From Balanoglossus misakiensis (lineage: Eukaryota; Animalia; Hemichordata), in assembly GCA_040954595.2 (NCBI GenBank), contig JBECUI020000046.1, forward strand, positions 1 to 64,000: DNA of 64,000 nucleotides, in the 5' to 3' direction. The translations under genes were made by a program, and so were the position numbers. The first letter of the stretch is position 1. Every line of letters begins with the position of its first letter. Shown here in pieces: positions 60,282 through 64,000 of the stretch. The notes under the pieces are model-generated. The model was given only the letters and a program-made list of their open reading frames with translations, was not told where the DNA came from and searched no databases.

Positions 60282-60922
60282 TCAGTACAACTCGCGTTTC
60301 CCTCTGTGCTAGCATCTTGATTGCAATAATGTTGCTTTCCTCCTGTCAAGCTGTCGATGAAGTTGAGATGCAACTTCGTGCAAGAATAGAGGCAGATCCC
60401 AATGATATTGAGGCAAAATATGAATTTGTTTGGCATATTACTGATGTAGAGCGGCGTAAGACCGCAAGAATGCGGTCAAATGAGCGTTTAACTGATGCTA
60501 TTACGTACCTCGAGGAGATCATGGTCGAAGGGGATACCTCCATGCTTGCAACAAAGGGCATTCTTTTTTCCCTGCTTGCCTCAACCCATGCAGCTAAAAA
60601 CGATCTGACGCAGGCAACTACTTTTACATTTCAGGCAACCAAATTTCTGGATCAAGCTGTAAAAGCTGACCCTGAAAATATACTTGTTCGCTTATTTCGT
60701 GCACAAACCTTTTCCAACTACCCACAGGTGCTGGGCAAATGGGGCATAGCACTTAATGATTTTGAGTTCATACTAGCGAATGGGGGAGAGTCTTTTGCCC
60801 CCAACGAAGTAGCGGATATGTATCGTTCAATGGTAAAAATTGGACAGGCATTAGAAAAGGATGTTTCTGTATATCAACAGAAAGTTAATGAATTTGAAAC
60901 AAAAGCAAAGGAGGGAAACTAA
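60278..60922 (+). CDS. TPR-like lipoprotein
   Basis: LLSS-C lipobox; LDQAVKADPENILVRLFRA helical repeat. Confidence 0.7.
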   Translation: MISTTRVSLCASILIAIMLLSSCQAVDEVEMQLRARIEADPNDIEAKYEFVWHITDVERRKTARMRSNERLTDAITYLEEIMVEGDTSMLATKGILFSLLASTHAAKNDLTQATTFTFQATKFLDQAVKADPENILVRLFRAQTFSNYPQVLGKWGIALNDFEFILANGGESFAPNEVADMYRSMVKIGQALEKDVSVYQQKVNEFETKAKEGN

Positions 60923-62248
60923 ATGACATTTTCATTTTCAATGATAGGATATGCCTTAGGCGCGTTCGTTATTTTATTTGTAGCCTATTATTGGGCAAAA
61001 CATTGGGACATTTTCTTATTAGCATTTAGAAATATTTTTAGAAATTTTCGACGTACTATTTTGACCCTGAGTGCCATTGTCATTGGTGGAGTATCGATGG
61101 TAGCCTTCGGCGGTTATATCAATGGTTCATTATGGGGCTTGCGAGAAAGTACAATTCGCAGTGAGCTGGGGCATTTACAGCTACAGCGTCCGGGCTATTT
61201 TGAAATGGGAAGTAGCCGTCCTACCGATTTTCTTATTGAAGAGTACAAAGAAATTATTGCCGAAATTATGGCAGATCCCGAATTGGCCCCTCTTGTTCAA
61301 GATATTACCACTGATATACGCTACAGTGGCATTGTCATGGGTGAGGGAGCTGCAAGCATTAACTACATTGGTCGGGGGGTTGACCCGACGAAAGAACATA
61401 TATTTGCAGCACTTGATCCTATTATAGATGGCAGTTCTTTAGCAGAAGACGAATTTGAATCGGTTATTTTAGGCAAAGGATTAGCTGAGCAACTTGCTGT
61501 AGGAGTTGGATCCTATGTCAGCATCTTGTCTACAACTGAGGATGGAGGAATTAATGTACAGGATGGACTGGTAACTGGCATTATTGAACCGCTTGCAAAA
61601 GCGTACAGCGATGTAATTCTCAAATCGAGAACTGATTTCTCGCAATCTCTGCTCAGTACGACAGGAGTAAATGCAGTTGTTCTCATGCTCAATGAGACAA
61701 TAGATACCAACGTAGCACATCTTCGATTAAATCAAATGATTCAAGAAAAGGGCTGGAATCTTATATCTAAGTCTTGGGAAGAACTTGCTGATTTTTACAT
61801 AGCAGTAAAAACATGGTTCCTTGGGCTGGTTATCTTTGTACGTACCATGTTGACCATTGTTGTTGCGATTTTTATTCTTAATACAATCAGCATGTCAATT
61901 ACCGAGCGCTTTTCAGAGATTGGAACATTGCGCTCTATAGGAAATACCAAGTCGGAAATACTTCAGCTCTTTCTTAGCGAAGGATTTTTGTTTGGCATAT
62001 TCGGTATGGTATTATCAATAGTAATAGGTCTCATTATTTGTACAGCATTAGAAAACTCAGGAATTATGATGCCGGTTCCTCCTGGGCAGGCACGGCCGGT
62101 GCCCCTTACATTACGATACGATCCCGAGCACTATTACGTACTTGTTGACATTGCAATCACCCTGTTAGTATCATCATTTTTTGCTTCCTATATTCCTGCT
62201 GCCAAGGCCGGAAAAATGCAAATTGTTGATTGTATTAGGCATGTATAG
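60923..62248 (+). CDS. FtsX/LolC-E-type ABC permease
   Basis: AFRNIFRNFRRT, ERFSEIGTLRSIG, FLSEG, SYIPA.KA. Confidence 0.9.
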   Translation: MTFSFSMIGYALGAFVILFVAYYWAKHWDIFLLAFRNIFRNFRRTILTLSAIVIGGVSMVAFGGYINGSLWGLRESTIRSELGHLQLQRPGYFEMGSSRPTDFLIEEYKEIIAEIMADPELAPLVQDITTDIRYSGIVMGEGAASINYIGRGVDPTKEHIFAALDPIIDGSSLAEDEFESVILGKGLAEQLAVGVGSYVSILSTTEDGGINVQDGLVTGIIEPLAKAYSDVILKSRTDFSQSLLSTTGVNAVVLMLNETIDTNVAHLRLNQMIQEKGWNLISKSWEELADFYIAVKTWFLGLVIFVRTMLTIVVAIFILNTISMSITERFSEIGTLRSIGNTKSEILQLFLSEGFLFGIFGMVLSIVIGLIICTALENSGIMMPVPPGQARPVPLTLRYDPEHYYVLVDIAITLLVSSFFASYIPAAKAGKMQIVDCIRHV

Positions 62249-62283
62249 TACGGGTAAGACTTAGGTATGAGGAGGCTATAGCT

Positions 62284-63864
62284 GTGAGGATTTTTCTTCT
62301 TCTTTTTTCAGTTTTTCCTCTTGTGTTTTTGCCGGCCCAAGAGGATATGTTTCTGGACAGTTCTTTTTTAGATCCTTCTTTATCAGAGGAACCTGCTGAA
62401 ACGATTGTGGATGAAACAGTGGATGAAACAGTGGAAGTCCCCACAGAAACCACCAGTTCTTTCAATAATGTACAGAGACGAAAGAAATCTGAAAGCACAG
62501 TTTCGCTAGAGATAAAAGAAGCATTTGCCTACCACCTTCCGCGTGCAGACAATTCTTTTTTATATCTGGCGGACGAATGGATAGATGAGGGTAGTTTTGT
62601 ATCTCCGTGGATTAATGCTATTTCATTGCGGGTTCGTGCGAGTTATTTTACACCCGGGCGCTATCTTTCCCTTCATCTTGATAACACCCTGTCCATCTAC
62701 CTTCGCGGTAAGCAGGTAAATAATTACGATGTAGCAACGGTACTCGATGTCAATATGAGCGAGGCATATATGGAGGTTTATCCTCTATCATGGTGGTCTA
62801 TTTCGCTAGGAAAGATAGACATTGCCTCTGGGAATAGCTACATCTTCTCACCTGTAGATTATCTCAGTCAAGCAAACACAAATGGATACGGTCTTACACG
62901 AGTTCTGCCTCGATTAGGATATTATATGGTTCAAACAGAATTTTATGCTCCTTGGGCATCATTTTCATTTGCCTACATTCCTGACTTCGGTACCGACCTG
63001 CATGAGTTTGCACCCAATAAATACCACAGTTTTCATGGAACAATTCGCTTGGATGTATTTTCTGACTTTAATCCTGAATTTATTGTTTATGCTCGCGAGG
63101 GACATGCTCGATTAGGGGCAACATTGAGTGGCAGTATTACTGATGAGATAATTTTTTATACTGATTTATCGGCAGAGATATACCCCGAAGCACCCCAATT
63201 TATACGCCATACGGGTACGGAAAATTTAGATAATGATCCGACTGTGGACTATCCACTGGGGTTACAGACTACGGCTGAAACTTTTAATTTTGCAGATATT
63301 CGTACGATGGAGAGTGCGGCATTTAAGGGAAGTATTGGTATCAACTACACGGTTCCGGATATTTTTACTATTCTTTTTGAGGTCTGGGGAAATAGTGCAG
63401 GCATTCGCCCTGCGGAATGGAATGACCTTTCAAACGAAATCGATTTATTCCATGAAAACTACGACATTTTTAATGGCACCATTCATCCTACATTGATAGC
63501 ATCGGAGCGAGCGACGCCAGCACAAGTGGCACAATTGAGAGGACTAAGCGGCGGGTATCGTACCGTATTACAGAATGCCTATCTAGCATTCCAGCCCATT
63601 CAATGGTCGCCTATGGTTCTTACCATGCGTATATTTAGAGACAATGTTTTGCGTTTTTCTTCTCAAACACTGGGTTATGGTGCGGATATTCAGTACCTAG
63701 TGTTTGATAACAGTTTTGTAGTTACTGCTGATATAACGTGGGGAATTACAGAAAACCTACAGTTATCATTAATGGGGAAATATTCATACGGCATCCCCGG
63801 TAGTATGGTTGCAGAATTCTTATACCCTGGAATGGTATATGGGGAACTATCGTTTTTTCTCTAG
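62284..63864 (+). CDS. Putative outer-membrane beta-barrel protein
   Basis: Signal peptide; EAYMEVY..WSISLGK..FSPVD pattern typical of barrels beside Lol-like ABC systems; C-terminal LSFFL. Confidence 0.6.
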   Translation: MRIFLLLFSVFPLVFLPAQEDMFLDSSFLDPSLSEEPAETIVDETVDETVEVPTETTSSFNNVQRRKKSESTVSLEIKEAFAYHLPRADNSFLYLADEWIDEGSFVSPWINAISLRVRASYFTPGRYLSLHLDNTLSIYLRGKQVNNYDVATVLDVNMSEAYMEVYPLSWWSISLGKIDIASGNSYIFSPVDYLSQANTNGYGLTRVLPRLGYYMVQTEFYAPWASFSFAYIPDFGTDLHEFAPNKYHSFHGTIRLDVFSDFNPEFIVYAREGHARLGATLSGSITDEIIFYTDLSAEIYPEAPQFIRHTGTENLDNDPTVDYPLGLQTTAETFNFADIRTMESAAFKGSIGINYTVPDIFTILFEVWGNSAGIRPAEWNDLSNEIDLFHENYDIFNGTIHPTLIASERATPAQVAQLRGLSGGYRTVLQNAYLAFQPIQWSPMVLTMRIFRDNVLRFSSQTLGYGADIQYLVFDNSFVVTADITWGITENLQLSLMGKYSYGIPGSMVAEFLYPGMVYGELSFFL

Positions 63865-63900
63865 AGTAATTTATTATAGAAAAGAAGGAAGGAATATATT

Positions 63901-64000
63901 ATGAAGTACATAAGCATTATTCTCATGAGCGTATTTTTGTTCTCTGGTGTATTTGCACAAGAGATCGACGAAGAAGCACGTTGGCAAGACATTTTAGCCC
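63901..64000 (+). CDS. Secreted protein, 3'-truncated by the window
   Basis: RBS; MKYISIILMSVFLFSGVFA-QE signal peptide; frame open to the edge. Confidence 0.65.
   Translation, partial: MKYISIILMSVFLFSGVFAQEIDEEARWQDILA

Noticed and set aside
62398-62436. 12-bp tandem repeat encoding ETIVDETVDETVE
   Set aside because: Ordinary low-complexity acidic linker after a signal peptide

Overview
Bacterial chromosomal window, most likely from a spirochaete (inferred from spirochaete-style lipoprotein and solute-binding-protein N-termini). About half of it encodes five paralogous giant surface (lipo)proteins (<1-3652, 4071-12113, 29353-35763, 36109-42029 frameshifted, 42323-49117), each built from FN3/Ig-like stalk modules, a GLUG-type beta-helix-like tip and a conserved Trp-rich C-terminus. 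Three of them share near-identical promoters and N-terminal stalks but differ in their tips. A hairpin-bearing non-coding element of about 75 bp lies next to these genes. It also forms a 155-bp-period tandem array (14.1-15.2 kb) and a 109-bp-period array in the opposite orientation (28.9-29.2 kb). The two arrays bracket a 13.8-kb island with a defence-like module (HEPN, MNT-TcmP fusion, DUF5131 three-Cys protein, McrBC) and a sugar ABC/ROK operon. At 12587-12774 there is an unannotated, promoter-preceded tRNA-like RNA with a ~95-nt insertion in its D-loop, tail-to-tail with a frameshifted, possibly BECR-fold nuclease remnant. The right end holds a PHP/SDR/SorE-like/FGGY sugar operon, an orphan sugar-binding protein, TatD, and a BamA-like + three helical proteins + LolD/LolCE-like + beta-barrel envelope operon. 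All family calls come from motif recognition by eye; no database searches were run.
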